64,000 nt of DNA from an uncultured Gammaproteobacteria bacterium (GCA_965231125.1 OZ246414.1:281512-345511); one strand, 5' to 3'. Counted from the stretch's first letter, positions 1 through 9,655 are shown. Made by a program: numbers and translations. Notes: generated from the sequence alone by a model not told the origin.

Positions 1-319
1 AACTCTCGCCGGTATTGCTGGGTTTATTCTTTCAATCGGAATGGCGGTGGATGCTAATATCCTAATTTTTGAGAGAATGAAGGAAGAACTGCGATCCGGC
101 AGGGAACGGGCGCAAGCAGTGGAAATTGGTTTTTCCCGAGCCTGGAATTCCATTCGGGATTCTAATGCCTCTTCATTAATAACCAGCGGGATTCTTTATT
201 GGTTTGGGACTGGAAGTGTGCGCGGGTTTGCTTTGGCCTTGGCCCTGGGAATTTTAGTGTCGATGTTTACGGCGATAACTGTAACTAGAACCTTCTTACG
301 GTTTGTTTATCGGACTTAA
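1..319 (+). CDS. secD: Protein translocase subunit SecD, C-terminal fragment (5' end lies outside the window)
   Basis: The ORF is open from the window edge. Its C-terminal membrane helices ([15 protein letters not shown]...[22 protein letters not shown]) are typical of the SecD/SecF family, and it sits upstream of secF. Confidence 0.7.
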   Translation, partial: TLAGIAGFILSIGMAVDANILIFERMKEELRSGRERAQAVEIGFSRAWNSIRDSNASSLITSGILYWFGTGSVRGFALALALGILVSMFTAITVTRTFLRFVYRT

Positions 320-320
320 T

Positions 321-1226
321 ATGGATCTTTGGCCGTTTAAAAAAACTAAGCGCACTAAACATTTTGAGTCTCTCGCGGCTCGTTTAGATAAAAGAAGAGA
401 TGAACTTGCGGCCGAGTTTGAAGAAAAACACCAAGGGGTGACGAAGTGGGCAAAGGAAAGGGGAATCAAAACTGAGGATTTGGCGAGTAAAGGAGCAAGG
501 GGGCTCGCGGCTGCTGTTGCAGCGGGGGCTTTACTGCTAACACCAAGCCTGCCTAATACGACATCCTCAGCGAAAAAGGTGCCGCCGGCAACTAATATTG
601 AAGCTCTGGTAAAAACAAGGAAGGACCTTTCCGATAAAGTTAAGGCTTCATTGCTCGGCACTAATCTTTACGACGACAAGGTGATAACCAAAAGGTTGAG
701 CAAAGTGCTGAAAATTCCGGTTACAGGGGAACTTTCCGGGATTCGTCTCAACACTACTTACGGGATAATTGGATACGAGTCTCACCTTTCTCGTTATCCA
801 GAAGAGATTTTGGAAGATCATTTTGATTCTCGAGCAGATTTTGAACGTTACGCTCACGCATCTATGGCCGGCGGTCCTGGAGCGTGGGGTTATTTAGCAA
901 GCTCGCGGGAGACCCTTACTAAAAAAGATATTGAGAGGGAGAAGTATTATTTAGTTGCCCAGACTTTTTTGTCACCAAATTGGGGTTCGCCAGCCGTGAA
1001 GAGGTGGTTTCGGCACCGCAAGATGGTTGTGGTTAATCCCCAAAATGGGGCGGTTGTGGTCGGGGCTATTGAAGATTCCGGGCCTGATGAGGCAACCGGT
1101 AGGAGTTTCGGCGGTTCTCCCGAAGTTATGGCGGTTTTGGGATTTAGCGGTGGAGGAGATAGAGTTCTCGTTTATTTTGTTAATGATCCAAAGGATAAGA
1201 TACCTTTAGGAGCATATGGATTATGA
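321..1226 (+). CDS. Hypothetical protein inserted between secD and secF
   Basis: Long ORF with an ATG at 321 immediately after the secD stop. I recognise no domain. Confidence 0.45.
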   Translation: MDLWPFKKTKRTKHFESLAARLDKRRDELAAEFEEKHQGVTKWAKERGIKTEDLASKGARGLAAAVAAGALLLTPSLPNTTSSAKKVPPATNIEALVKTRKDLSDKVKASLLGTNLYDDKVITKRLSKVLKIPVTGELSGIRLNTTYGIIGYESHLSRYPEEILEDHFDSRADFERYAHASMAGGPGAWGYLASSRETLTKKDIEREKYYLVAQTFLSPNWGSPAVKRWFRHRKMVVVNPQNGAVVVGAIEDSGPDEATGRSFGGSPEVMAVLGFSGGGDRVLVYFVNDPKDKIPLGAYGL

Positions 1227-1549
1227 GTTTTCTAATTGAGACATTTTTTGACAAAAACAGAATTGCCTCGCACCTAGACACCTTGAAAGTTGAAAAGGGC
1301 GAGAAAGAGAAATTACTAGAAATGATAAATAACTTGATGGAACTTCGGTTCCTTCATACAATTTTAGAAAAATTGGAGGAAAAAGATAAAGAACTTTTTG
1401 TTATGGAGCTTCAATCCGGCAGCCAAGAGACGACAATTGAGTTTTTACGGCGAAAAATCGAGAATTTAGAAGATATTCTGCGTGAAGATGCGAAAGTTCT
1501 TGAGGAAGAAATCCTATCAGACGTCCGCGACCTTAAGGAGGAAAACTAA
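1223..1549 (+). CDS. Hypothetical protein, probably coiled-coil (rich in E/K/L)
   Basis: ORF whose ends overlap both neighbours by a few nucleotides (ATGA at each junction), in the same orientation as the surrounding operon. Confidence 0.4.
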   Translation: MSFLIETFFDKNRIASHLDTLKVEKGEKEKLLEMINNLMELRFLHTILEKLEEKDKELFVMELQSGSQETTIEFLRRKIENLEDILREDAKVLEEEILSDVRDLKEEN

Positions 1550-2448
1550 TGGTAGACATCGTCGGTAAAAAATTCTGGTATTTTCTTTTCTCGGCCTTAG
1601 TGATAATTCCGGGAATAATTTCTTTGGCCGTCTGGCGGTTGGACGTGGGTATTGATTTTACCGGTGGTACACTTTTGGAATATCAATTCAATCAGCCACT
1701 GGCTAAGGATCAAATCACCAACACATTAAAAGATAAAGGAATCGAGGTTGCGACTGTCGCTGACACCTCGACGAACTCTTACCTTATTCGCACCAAACCA
1801 TTAAACGACTCCCAGATAAAAAATGCGCGGGTCTCCCTTGAAGCAAAGTTTGGTCAGCTAAAGCAGCTTCGCGAAGAGACAATCGGCCCGACGATTGGCG
1901 CTGAACTTCTAAGAAAATCTATAGTTGCTTTAATTTTGGCTAGTGTTGCAATTGTAGTCTACATTGCCTGGGCTTTCCGAAAAGTTCCCTCGCCAGCATC
2001 CTCATGGCGGTTTGGTGTTTGCGCTGTCGCGGCTCTTCTGCACGATGTTTTGGTGGTTATTGGCGCCTTTTCGATCCTTGGACATTTCTTTGCAGCCGAG
2101 GTGGATTCACTTTTTGTGACAGCCCTACTTACAGTTATTGGTTTTTCAGTTCACGACACTATTGTTGTCTTCGATAGAATTCGCGAGAATTTAAACAAAC
2201 ATATATCTTCTTCTTTTGCCGAAACTGTAAACCACTCGATCATTCAAACTTTGTCCCGCTCGCTTAACACTTCGCTTACAGTTGTATTTGTACTGCTCGC
2301 GGTTCTTCTTTTTGGTGGGAGTTCTATCCACTGGTTTACGGTTGCACTTTTAATTGGAATTGTCTCCGGGACTTACTCGTCAATATTCAACGCCTCGCCG
2401 CTTTTGGTACTTTGGCAGGAGTGGACAGATAAAAGAAAGAAATCGTAA
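1549..2448 (+). CDS. secF: Protein translocase subunit SecF
   Basis: N-terminal transmembrane segment followed by the periplasmic domain motif GIDFTGGT and a six-helix SecF architecture. Length 299 aa. Confidence 0.85.
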   Translation: MVDIVGKKFWYFLFSALVIIPGIISLAVWRLDVGIDFTGGTLLEYQFNQPLAKDQITNTLKDKGIEVATVADTSTNSYLIRTKPLNDSQIKNARVSLEAKFGQLKQLREETIGPTIGAELLRKSIVALILASVAIVVYIAWAFRKVPSPASSWRFGVCAVAALLHDVLVVIGAFSILGHFFAAEVDSLFVTALLTVIGFSVHDTIVVFDRIRENLNKHISSSFAETVNHSIIQTLSRSLNTSLTVVFVLLAVLLFGGSSIHWFTVALLIGIVSGTYSSIFNASPLLVLWQEWTDKRKKS

Positions 2449-2450
2449 GT

Positions 2451-3221
2451 ATGGAAAATTCCAAAACTGTCATTGAAGTTGGCCACCTAGTTAAAAAATA
2501 TGATAGCGATGTTGTGGCGGTCGACGATATTTCTTTTAACGTTGCCCAAGGAGAGATTTTTGGTCTTCTAGGGCCAAACGGCGCCGGTAAAACAACTACC
2601 TTAGAAATTATCGAAACCTTGCGCCGCCCTACATCGGGAAAAGTTACCGTGGACGGTATCGATGTTCTAGAACATCCTTGGGAAGTAAAAAACCGCATCG
2701 GTGTGCAACTTCAGGCAGCCGGTTTTTATCCAGAACTTTCTTTGGTAGATTTGCTAAAAATGTTTGCTAGTCTTTACCAGATTAATATCGGGGACCCGGT
2801 AGAAATTTTAAAAAAATTCTCGCTTGAGGATAAGAAAAAAGCTTTTTGGAATCAACTCTCGGGCGGGCAGAAACAACGTTTTTCTCTAGCGACTACTTTA
2901 ATTCACAATCCAAAAATTATTTTTCTGGATGAACCAACCACTGGTTTGGATCCGCAGGCGAGAGCCAACCTTTGGGATGAGATAAAAAAGATTCATAAGG
3001 AGGGCCGCACTATTGTCCTTACTACCCACTACATGGAAGAGGCGGAGCAGCTTTGCGACGAAGTAGCCATAATGGATCAAGGGAAAATAATTAAGATTGG
3101 GCCACCAAGTGAGTTGGTTGATGAACTTCTGGAAGCTGGGTTTAAAAAGGACCAAGAAGTTAAGAGGGCCGATCTTGAGGACGTCTTTTTGGATTTGACG
3201 GGGAGGCATTTACGTGACTAA
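2451..3221 (+). CDS. ABC transporter ATP-binding protein (ABC-2 exporter type)
   Basis: Walker A GPNGAGKTTT, ABC signature LSGGQKQR, Walker B IIFLDEPT. Confidence 0.85.
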   Translation: MENSKTVIEVGHLVKKYDSDVVAVDDISFNVAQGEIFGLLGPNGAGKTTTLEIIETLRRPTSGKVTVDGIDVLEHPWEVKNRIGVQLQAAGFYPELSLVDLLKMFASLYQINIGDPVEILKKFSLEDKKKAFWNQLSGGQKQRFSLATTLIHNPKIIFLDEPTTGLDPQARANLWDEIKKIHKEGRTIVLTTHYMEEAEQLCDEVAIMDQGKIIKIGPPSELVDELLEAGFKKDQEVKRADLEDVFLDLTGRHLRD

Positions 3222-4302
3222 TGGACAGTTGAGTAAAAAGGCACCTTCTCAAGTAAGGCCACTTTTGGCAATTGCCTTTTATTCTTTTAAAGCTCTTATC
3301 CGCAACCGAGCAACAGTCTTTTTTGGAATTGCCTTTCCCCTTTTTTTTATCACGGCCTTTGGTTTGATCGGAAATAACGCTTTAAGTATTTCTATCGGAG
3401 TGCCGACTTCTGATCAAAAAGGGGCAGTTTATCAAGCGCTTTCCAGCATCCAAGTTGTAAGTATTAAATCCGGAACCAGACAAGACCTTTTGGAAAAGTT
3501 GTCCCAAGGAGGCATATCCGCTGTTTTGACTGCAGATAAAGGGCAAACGGAACTTTTTGTGTCGCAATCTAACCCGCAAAACGCAGCTGCCGCCGAGGGT
3601 TTGGTGAACGGTGTTGTCGATAAACTTAATTTGCAACTATCCGGCGTAAAAAAACCGCGAGTTGTAGTTAATTTGCGGGAGGTTTCAGGAAGAAGCTATA
3701 AATACATCGACTTTTTCTTACCTGGAATGATTGGTTTTGCGCTTTTAACTACTTCAGTTACCAGTATTGCCTTTGGCTTAATTTTTCTTAAAAAGGCCTT
3801 GGTGCTAAAGAGACTTTTTGCCACACCAATTCGTTCCTACACAATCCTGTTTGGACAAGGCCTCGCGCGGCTATTGTTCGTTCTAATCCAGACTTTAGTG
3901 ATTGTCTTTGTTGGCGTTGTCGCTTTTAAATTCACATTAATCCATGGTGCCCTCACCCTTTTCTACATACTAATTCTTAGTGTAATTGGGCTTGTCTCTT
4001 TCTTAGGTTTTGGTATTTTTGTTGCCGGAGTGGCAAACGATGAAAATACAGTGGCGCCGGTTGCGAACCTTATCGTCTTGCCGCAGTTTCTTGTTGCCGG
4101 AACATTTTTTCCGGTGGACGCGTTGCCGGCATGGTTGCAACCAGAGGTCAAAGTGCTGCCGCTAGCCTTTTTTAACACGGCGATTAGAAAAGTGACGGTC
4201 GAGGGGCTTGGGTTTGGCCATCTTTTGCCTCAACTGGCTGGTCTTGCAGTTTGGGCAATCCTGGCCTACTTTCTTGCTTCTCGCACCTTCCGTTGGGAGT
4301 GA
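3214..4302 (+). CDS. ABC-2 family transporter permease
   Basis: About six predicted transmembrane helices. Overlaps the ATPase gene by 8 nt, the usual ABC-2 operon arrangement. Confidence 0.7.
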   Translation: MTNGQLSKKAPSQVRPLLAIAFYSFKALIRNRATVFFGIAFPLFFITAFGLIGNNALSISIGVPTSDQKGAVYQALSSIQVVSIKSGTRQDLLEKLSQGGISAVLTADKGQTELFVSQSNPQNAAAAEGLVNGVVDKLNLQLSGVKKPRVVVNLREVSGRSYKYIDFFLPGMIGFALLTTSVTSIAFGLIFLKKALVLKRLFATPIRSYTILFGQGLARLLFVLIQTLVIVFVGVVAFKFTLIHGALTLFYILILSVIGLVSFLGFGIFVAGVANDENTVAPVANLIVLPQFLVAGTFFPVDALPAWLQPEVKVLPLAFFNTAIRKVTVEGLGFGHLLPQLAGLAVWAILAYFLASRTFRWE

Positions 4303-4327
4303 TCAACATCTAGAAAGAGAGGGAGGA

Positions 4328-4891
4328 TTGGAACTTCTTTACCTGATCGACAGGACGATTACGCGTCTTATCCAGTGGGTATCAAAATTCCTGGAGAGGA
4401 GACTGCACCTTACAAAAACCGTCCAATATTTTATTATGCTTGGTCTAGTTTTGGTGGTTTATACTTTAACTGGACCAATCATAGACGAAAACAAAAAGTC
4501 TTTGGCCCTCTTACCAATTTATATGAGCCTTTGGTTTGGAATACACGTTCTAGCTGCGCTCTCCGAGAGGGTATTACGACGTTTGCATCTTTTCTTTGAT
4601 GAAGACGGTTGCGTCGGAGAAAAGGAATACGGTGATGGTTATCGGGCTTGGTCTTGGATAATCATTAGCGCAGGGTACTTGTTTCTGGCCTTCAGTCGAG
4701 TTCTTGTCGGGGGTTCCTATTCAGCGCTGGGAATCGGCTATTACGGCATATTAACTCAGGCAACTGCAGAATTTGCGAGCCGTAAGGGAAGTTCCCGTCC
4801 GAAGGACAAAAGTAGGGTCACGGAGGCTCTTCGCAAACTGCTCGAAAGGTGTCGCAGTTGGCTGCCCAAACCAGTGCCGGTACCAAGTTGA
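4328..4891 (+). CDS. Hypothetical membrane protein (start uncertain)
   Basis: The ORF is open from 4208 but overlaps the permease. A TTG at 4328 follows a good ribosome-binding site (AGAGGGAGGA); the alternative start is ATG 4436. Hydrophobic helices. Confidence 0.35.
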   Translation: MELLYLIDRTITRLIQWVSKFLERRLHLTKTVQYFIMLGLVLVVYTLTGPIIDENKKSLALLPIYMSLWFGIHVLAALSERVLRRLHLFFDEDGCVGEKEYGDGYRAWSWIIISAGYLFLAFSRVLVGGSYSALGIGYYGILTQATAEFASRKGSSRPKDKSRVTEALRKLLERCRSWLPKPVPVPS

Positions 4892-4892
4892 A

Positions 4893-4928
4893 ACCAGAGT
4901 GTCTTCTTGATGCTCTGGTTCTTTTTTG
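4893..4928 (+). terminator. Rho-independent terminator
   Basis: Hairpin AACCAGAG..CTCTGGTT followed by TCTTTTTTG. Confidence 0.5.
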
Positions 4929-4964
4929 TTTGAAGCTTAAATCTTCAGGTGTTAATATAAATCT

Positions 4965-5246
4965 ATGAGTTATGAAGTTGGGAGTCGGTATCCAAAACCG
5001 GGCGATAAAGTAAAGGTTGCCCAGAAAAAGGACTATACTTCTGGGGAGTTGACAGAAGGAGTGGTTAAAGACGTTTTGACCAGTAAACGCTTTCACCCGC
5101 GCGGTCATAAAGTGCGCTTAACTAGCGGTATTATCGGCCGCGTCCAAGAATTTACAGACGGAGAGGTTGGCTCTGAACTCAACAATGCGACCGACCCTCC
5201 CGCAGTGCCAATTCCCTATAAACCAGATGAGGACGATCTAGCATAA
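4965..5246 (+). CDS. YwbE/DUF2196 family small protein
   Basis: Matches the family pattern GELTEGVVKDVLT...HPRGHKVRL..G.IGRVQ. Confidence 0.6.
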   Translation: MSYEVGSRYPKPGDKVKVAQKKDYTSGELTEGVVKDVLTSKRFHPRGHKVRLTSGIIGRVQEFTDGEVGSELNNATDPPAVPIPYKPDEDDLA

Positions 5247-5247
5247 T

Positions 5248-5649
5248 ATGCAGCAAGAAATTGAAAAGATCCGCAAAAAATTTTCGGGGAAGCTGGCTGG
5301 TAGCAAAAAAATGCAAAATATAGTTTGCGAAACTTTGCTTTCTTTTCCAAAAGAAATTGTCGATTATGTAACCGAAAACGTTTGGTTTGTCAGTTCTTTT
5401 GACGATTCCTGGGGATTTGTTTTGAAGGGTTCGGAAATTGGAAATAAATTCATCGTGTTTTTTGGCGATGAGCTGTTTGCTCAAGATAAATACGAGCAAA
5501 AGTATACAGTTGCTCACGAGATTGGACACGTTGTTCTGAAACATCGCAATGCAATTTTAGAACCGCAGACAAAAGCGCAGACCAACGTCCAAGAAGCCCA
5601 AGCGCACAAGTTTGCTTTAAAATATGTTGGCGAAGAAAGGGGAAAATAG
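5248..5649 (+). CDS. Hypothetical small protein with an HExxH motif (putative zincin-like metallopeptidase)
   Basis: Sequence VAHEIGHVVLKH. Weak assignment. Confidence 0.4.
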   Translation: MQQEIEKIRKKFSGKLAGSKKMQNIVCETLLSFPKEIVDYVTENVWFVSSFDDSWGFVLKGSEIGNKFIVFFGDELFAQDKYEQKYTVAHEIGHVVLKHRNAILEPQTKAQTNVQEAQAHKFALKYVGEERGK

Positions 5650-5655
5650 TAAAAT

Positions 5656-6291
5656 TTGGCTATGAAAATTTCAAAACACGCCCACTCCTGCCTACTAATT
5701 GAAGAGAGCGGTAAAAAAGTTCTTATTGACCCAGGAGTCTATTCTTACGAAGAAAAGGCTCTCAACCTCGGGTCCTTAGAAAGTCTTGACCTTCTTCTCA
5801 TCACTCACGAACACCCGGACCATTTTTATTTACCGGCGATTAAAGAAATTTTACAAAAATTTCCTGACATACGGATAGTTACAAACCCTTCGATTGTCGA
5901 GATTCTCAAAAAGGAAGGTATTGCTTCGACCAGCCAAGGGAACGATTTTGTACAAGTGGAAGAAGTTCCTCACGAGCATGTCTTTGGCATCCCCCAAATG
6001 CCGAAAAACGCGCTTTTCAAAGTTTTCGGTAAGCTTACCCATCCTGGCGATTCCCTTACTTTTAAACCTGAAACAGACGTTTTGGCGCTTCCAGTCCAAG
6101 CACCTTGGACAAGCCTCACTGAAGCAGCCGAGAAAGCGCTTTCTTGGAAACCCAAAGTAATAGTTCCAATTCACGATTGGCATTGGAGCGGCCCCGCCCG
6201 AGACTCATTCTACGAGCGGTTGGAAGGTTTCTTCAGTCAAAACGGAATTGAGTTTAAGGGCCTACAAACAGGCGAAGTAGTCGAAGTATAA
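5656..6291 (+). CDS. MBL-fold metallo-hydrolase
   Basis: HxHxDH motif (THEHPDHF) and downstream conserved H/D residues. Confidence 0.75.
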   Translation: MAMKISKHAHSCLLIEESGKKVLIDPGVYSYEEKALNLGSLESLDLLLITHEHPDHFYLPAIKEILQKFPDIRIVTNPSIVEILKKEGIASTSQGNDFVQVEEVPHEHVFGIPQMPKNALFKVFGKLTHPGDSLTFKPETDVLALPVQAPWTSLTEAAEKALSWKPKVIVPIHDWHWSGPARDSFYERLEGFFSQNGIEFKGLQTGEVVEV

Positions 6292-6356
6292 ATAGAGATT
6301 TTAAAATTGAAGGTTAGTTGTGCTGCCAGTTTACGGAAAAGCTTGTTCCAGTTGGG

Positions 6357-6539
6357 TCAAGATGGGAGGCCGGTGAGCCAGTTGAGGAAAGGTAAGCGGT
6401 GCTTTTCTATTGATAAATCTTCCAAGGCAATATTTTTCTTAGCCGTAAATTGAGAAATCATCTCAAAAGTGGCGGTTAGTTCCCTATTTAATACGTGGCC
6501 GTTATGAAAGTCAATAAAGTCAGCTACGTTTTCGATCAT
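6357..6539 (-). CDS. Small hypothetical protein, paralog of the gene at 8501-8692
   Basis: About 60 aa with a conserved C-terminus (AKKNIALEDLSIEKHRLPFLNWLTG). Differences from the paralog are mostly synonymous, which argues for real coding sequence. Confidence 0.5.
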   Translation of the reverse strand: MIENVADFIDFHNGHVLNRELTATFEMISQFTAKKNIALEDLSIEKHRLPFLNWLTGLPS

Positions 6540-6624
6540 TACCTTAAGTTTACTCCCATAATTCAAATAAGCAAGAGGCAGGAAAAATCTCAAGCGATAT
6601 TTTGTAACTTGCCAAGTGGTGGAT

Positions 6625-6653
6625 TGATTTTAGCCCTATAGTGTAGTATACTA
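6625..6653 (+). promoter_or_regulatory. Candidate sigma70 promoter for typA
   Basis: TTGATT, then a 17-nt spacer, then TATACT, about 55 nt upstream of the start. Confidence 0.3.
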
Positions 6654-6706
6654 TCTAAGTAGACTGGGTGTTTATCTTCCTTTATTAAAAAGAATAGAAA
6701 TTTAAT

Positions 6707-8491
6707 ATGAATAATATCAGAAACGTTGCTATCATTGCTCACGTCGATCACGGTAAGACCACTCTTGTCGATGCCTTGCTGCGACAAAGTAATACCAAGC
6801 TCCACAAAGATTTGGAGGGCACGAACCTAATAATGGATTCCAACGATCTTGAAAAAGAGCGCGGCATTACTATCTTTTCCAAAAACGCTTCGGTTGTTTG
6901 GAAGGGTACAAAGATAAATATCATTGATACCCCTGGGCATGCCGATTTTGGAGGAGAGGTCGAACGGGTCTTGAAAATGGCTGATGGGTGTCTACTGCTG
7001 GTTGACGCCAAGGAAGGCCCCATGCCGCAAACTCGTTTTGTCCTCAAAAGGGCTCTCGAACTCGGTCACAAAGTTGTGGTCGTTATAAACAAAGTGGACA
7101 AACCCGATGCTAGAGTCGAGTGGGTGGTGAATAAAACTTTTGATCTTTTCGTTGAACTTGGGGCCAGCGATGAGGCAGCTTTTTTCCCAATTGTTTACAC
7201 TTCAGCCAAAAAGGGATTGGCGGGAGTTGGGCCGGATTTAAATCAGATGAAAGATATCGCCCCAGTTTTTGAGGCAATCATCGAACACATCCCCGCCCCG
7301 ACCGGAGAAGCAAGTAAACCGTTGCAAATGTTGGTCACTACAATTCTCGGGGACAATTTTAAAGGACGGATCGCGACTTGTCGAATTTACAACGGTTCGA
7401 TAAAGTCCGGGCAGGAGGTTACTCATATAAACCGCGTCGGCGAAATGAAAAAAGTAAAGCTAACTGCCCTCATTGGCTTTTCCGGGTTGGATAAAATTGA
7501 TATTCTCGAGGCGGAAGCTGGAGACATTGTGGCGGTTGCCGGAATCGAAAATGTGAATATTGGTGAGACCATTGCTGATCCTAACGAAGCTGTCGCCTTA
7601 CCTCTTTTGGACATTGAAGAACCGACGATCAACATGACTTTTTCGGTAAACAGCTCTCCTTTTGCCGGAAAAGAAGGGCAGTTCAAGACTTCTCGGCAAA
7701 TTCGAGAGCGACTTTTCAAAGAACTCGAAACCGATATGGCTTTGAAGGTGGCAGATGGTGCAGACGGAGATTGGATTGTTTCTGGTCGAGGAGAACTACA
7801 TCTGGCTATTTTGATCGAAAGAATGCGTCGCGAAGGTTACGAATTTCAAGTGGCCCGGCCGCAAGTAATCACGAAAAAGATTAACGGCAGGACACTAGAG
7901 CCTTACGAAAAGGTTTTCATTGAGGCTCCGGAAGGCTATTCCGGGGTGATAATGCAAAAAATGGGAGAGCGCGGGGCTTTGTTGCAAGATATGAATACCG
8001 AAAATGGTGTTGTACAAGTAGAATTTATCATCCCAACCCGAAAACTATTTGGCTACCGTAGCGGGTTTCTTACCGACACCAAAGGGGAAGGTATTATCAA
8101 CACAGTGTTCCATGAATTTAGAGAAGATGCCGGTGGAATTTTTGAGAGAGGTCCTGGATCACTAGTTGCTTTTGAAGATGGTCCGACAACTTTGTATGGG
8201 TTAACCAATGCTCAAGAGCGTGGAACGCTCTTCCTAGGACCCGCTACCCCCGTCTACAAAGGCCAAGTTGTGGGACAGAATTCCCGGGGCGGAAATATTA
8301 AAGTGAATGTTTGCAAAGAAAAGCAACAGACCAACATGCGTTCTAGAGGCGAGGGAGTTGCAGAGCATTTCAATGCTCCCCAACCGATGGGTTTAGAGGA
8401 CGCCCTTGAATATATTGATGGTAGCGAGTTAGTAGAAATAACCCCGGAGAATATCCGAATCCGCAAAATCGATCTAAATTCTAAATATTAA
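6707..8491 (+). CDS. typA: Translational GTPase TypA/BipA
   Basis: Begins NIRNVAIIAHVDHGKTTLVDALL and carries the G1-G5 motifs, followed by EF-G-like domains. Length 594 aa. Confidence 0.95.
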   Translation: MNNIRNVAIIAHVDHGKTTLVDALLRQSNTKLHKDLEGTNLIMDSNDLEKERGITIFSKNASVVWKGTKINIIDTPGHADFGGEVERVLKMADGCLLLVDAKEGPMPQTRFVLKRALELGHKVVVVINKVDKPDARVEWVVNKTFDLFVELGASDEAAFFPIVYTSAKKGLAGVGPDLNQMKDIAPVFEAIIEHIPAPTGEASKPLQMLVTTILGDNFKGRIATCRIYNGSIKSGQEVTHINRVGEMKKVKLTALIGFSGLDKIDILEAEAGDIVAVAGIENVNIGETIADPNEAVALPLLDIEEPTINMTFSVNSSPFAGKEGQFKTSRQIRERLFKELETDMALKVADGADGDWIVSGRGELHLAILIERMRREGYEFQVARPQVITKKINGRTLEPYEKVFIEAPEGYSGVIMQKMGERGALLQDMNTENGVVQVEFIIPTRKLFGYRSGFLTDTKGEGIINTVFHEFREDAGGIFERGPGSLVAFEDGPTTLYGLTNAQERGTLFLGPATPVYKGQVVGQNSRGGNIKVNVCKEKQQTNMRSRGEGVAEHFNAPQPMGLEDALEYIDGSELVEITPENIRIRKIDLNSKY

Positions 8492-8500
8492 ACTAGCAGT

Positions 8501-8692
8501 TTAGATTTTTGAGCTGGAGAGTCCGGTGAGCCAGTTGATAAAAGGTAAGCGATGCTTCTCAATCGATAGATCTTCCAAAGCAATATTTTTCTTGGCTATA
8601 AAGCTAGAAATAGTTTCAAAACTTGCGTTTAATTCCGTATCTAATACGTGCTCGTTGTGGTAGGAGATAAATTCTTTTATATTTTGAGTCAC
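8501..8692 (-). CDS. Small hypothetical protein, paralog of the gene at 6357-6539
   Basis: 63 aa, ending in IEKHRLPFINWLTG, convergent with typA. About 75-80% nucleotide identity to the other copy. Confidence 0.5.
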   Translation of the reverse strand: MTQNIKEFISYHNEHVLDTELNASFETISSFIAKKNIALEDLSIEKHRLPFINWLTGLSSSKI

Positions 8693-8736
8693 GCCTTAAG
8701 TGTACTCCCCAAATCCAAATAAGCAATAGGCAGTTA

Positions 8737-8786
8737 AAACCCTCGCTTTTTGGATTCAAATCTGGTACAATCGTTTCCCTAAAATC
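8737..8786 (+). repeat. Conserved upstream module (AAACCnCGCTTTT..TCAA.T...CTAAAATC), copy 1
   Basis: Shares its core with elements at 10116-10193 and 10702-10782, and partly with 9596-9623. Lies about 40 nt upstream of the gene at 8827. Confidence 0.45.
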
Positions 8787-8826
8787 TAAAGTCCTTGCTT
8801 GTTCGTCATTCCTAAAGGAGGCAGAT

Positions 8827-9357
8827 GTGAAGGTTACTTTCATTTCGAGGGAGCCTGGGGTAAGGGCAAAGCTTCTCTATGGTGTTCGCCAAAGCGCCAT
8901 TTACACGGGTGTCGCTAACTTAACTGCCGGTAGGACTGCAGCCATTGTAATCTACTATCCGGATTCGGTTCTTCCAAAGATAGAGCAAATTCTTGGTTAC
9001 ATGGATGGGCAGAATCGTAATCCTGAAGTTCACATCGAGAAAATCGGGGAGAAAGCAAACGTCTATGTTATCTTCCGGGTGAACGTGGACCCAAACTTCA
9101 TCTTTGATCTTCTCGTCGATGAAGAAGTGGAGGGTATAGATTTTAAACAGGTAGGAAGGGAGAGTGTAATAGAGCTGCTTATGGTGGCGCAGGCTTCTAT
9201 CTCGAAAGGTAGCCTGGCGAATTTCTCGCAAGTGTTCGATCGAGACCAAAAGTTTGACGTTATCGTCGGCAGACCGATGGGGTATAGAAACGCCGAGCCT
9301 CGTTGGCAAAAGACGCTGGCTGTTTACGAACAGAAGGCGCCGAAACTTCCGGTTTGA
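8827..9357 (+). CDS. Hypothetical protein
   Basis: GTG start preceded by AAAGGAGG. 176 aa, no recognised domain. Confidence 0.5.
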   Translation: MKVTFISREPGVRAKLLYGVRQSAIYTGVANLTAGRTAAIVIYYPDSVLPKIEQILGYMDGQNRNPEVHIEKIGEKANVYVIFRVNVDPNFIFDLLVDEEVEGIDFKQVGRESVIELLMVAQASISKGSLANFSQVFDRDQKFDVIVGRPMGYRNAEPRWQKTLAVYEQKAPKLPV

Positions 9358-9363
9358 AGGATT

Positions 9364-9400
9364 GGAGAGGGCAAAAAACCAAACTTGCCCTCTCCTTTGC
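9364..9400 (+). terminator. Rho-independent terminator
   Basis: Hairpin GGAGAGGGCAA..TTGCCCTCTCC followed by TTTGC. Confidence 0.45.
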
Positions 9401-9655
9401 ATAAGGTGTATAATTAACTAATGAAACCATTTTGGCCGCAAGAGGTAAGGAGAAACTCTAATGCATTTAACATCCGAAATGCAGGTAAGAAGTTTTTCCA
9501 AAAAGGCCACCGCAAAGCAAATAAGAAAAAGTGATTTCTTGCATTTCTTCCCCGAAACTTCAGAAAAGTAAGAAAAAATAAATAGGAAACGCCACACCCC
9601 TCGCTTTTTGTTTTCAAATCCCAAGACTTTTGCTGAGTTTATTTATAATGAGAGA

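Noticed and set aside
6748-7719. Minus-strand ORFs inside typA (6748-7047, 7238-7426, 7423-7719)
   Set aside because: Antisense to a highly conserved GTPase gene, so spurious.
8736-8765. tRNA-like T-loop sequence GGATTCAAATCTGG (also TTTTCAAATCC at 9609)
   Set aside because: No acceptor stem or anticodon arm can be built, so these are not tRNA genes. They are better explained as part of the recurring upstream module.
8920-9402. 160-aa minus-strand ORF
   Set aside because: Entirely antisense to the better-supported plus-strand gene 8827-9357, which has a GTG start preceded by a strong ribosome-binding site.
9414-9624. Two overlapping minus-strand ORFs (67 and 68 aa), and a plus-strand Lys-rich 38-codon ORF at 9421
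   Set aside because: Low-complexity, AT-driven, overlapping each other, no start context. The Lys-rich mini-ORFs here and at 13069 and 15541 look like A-tract noise.
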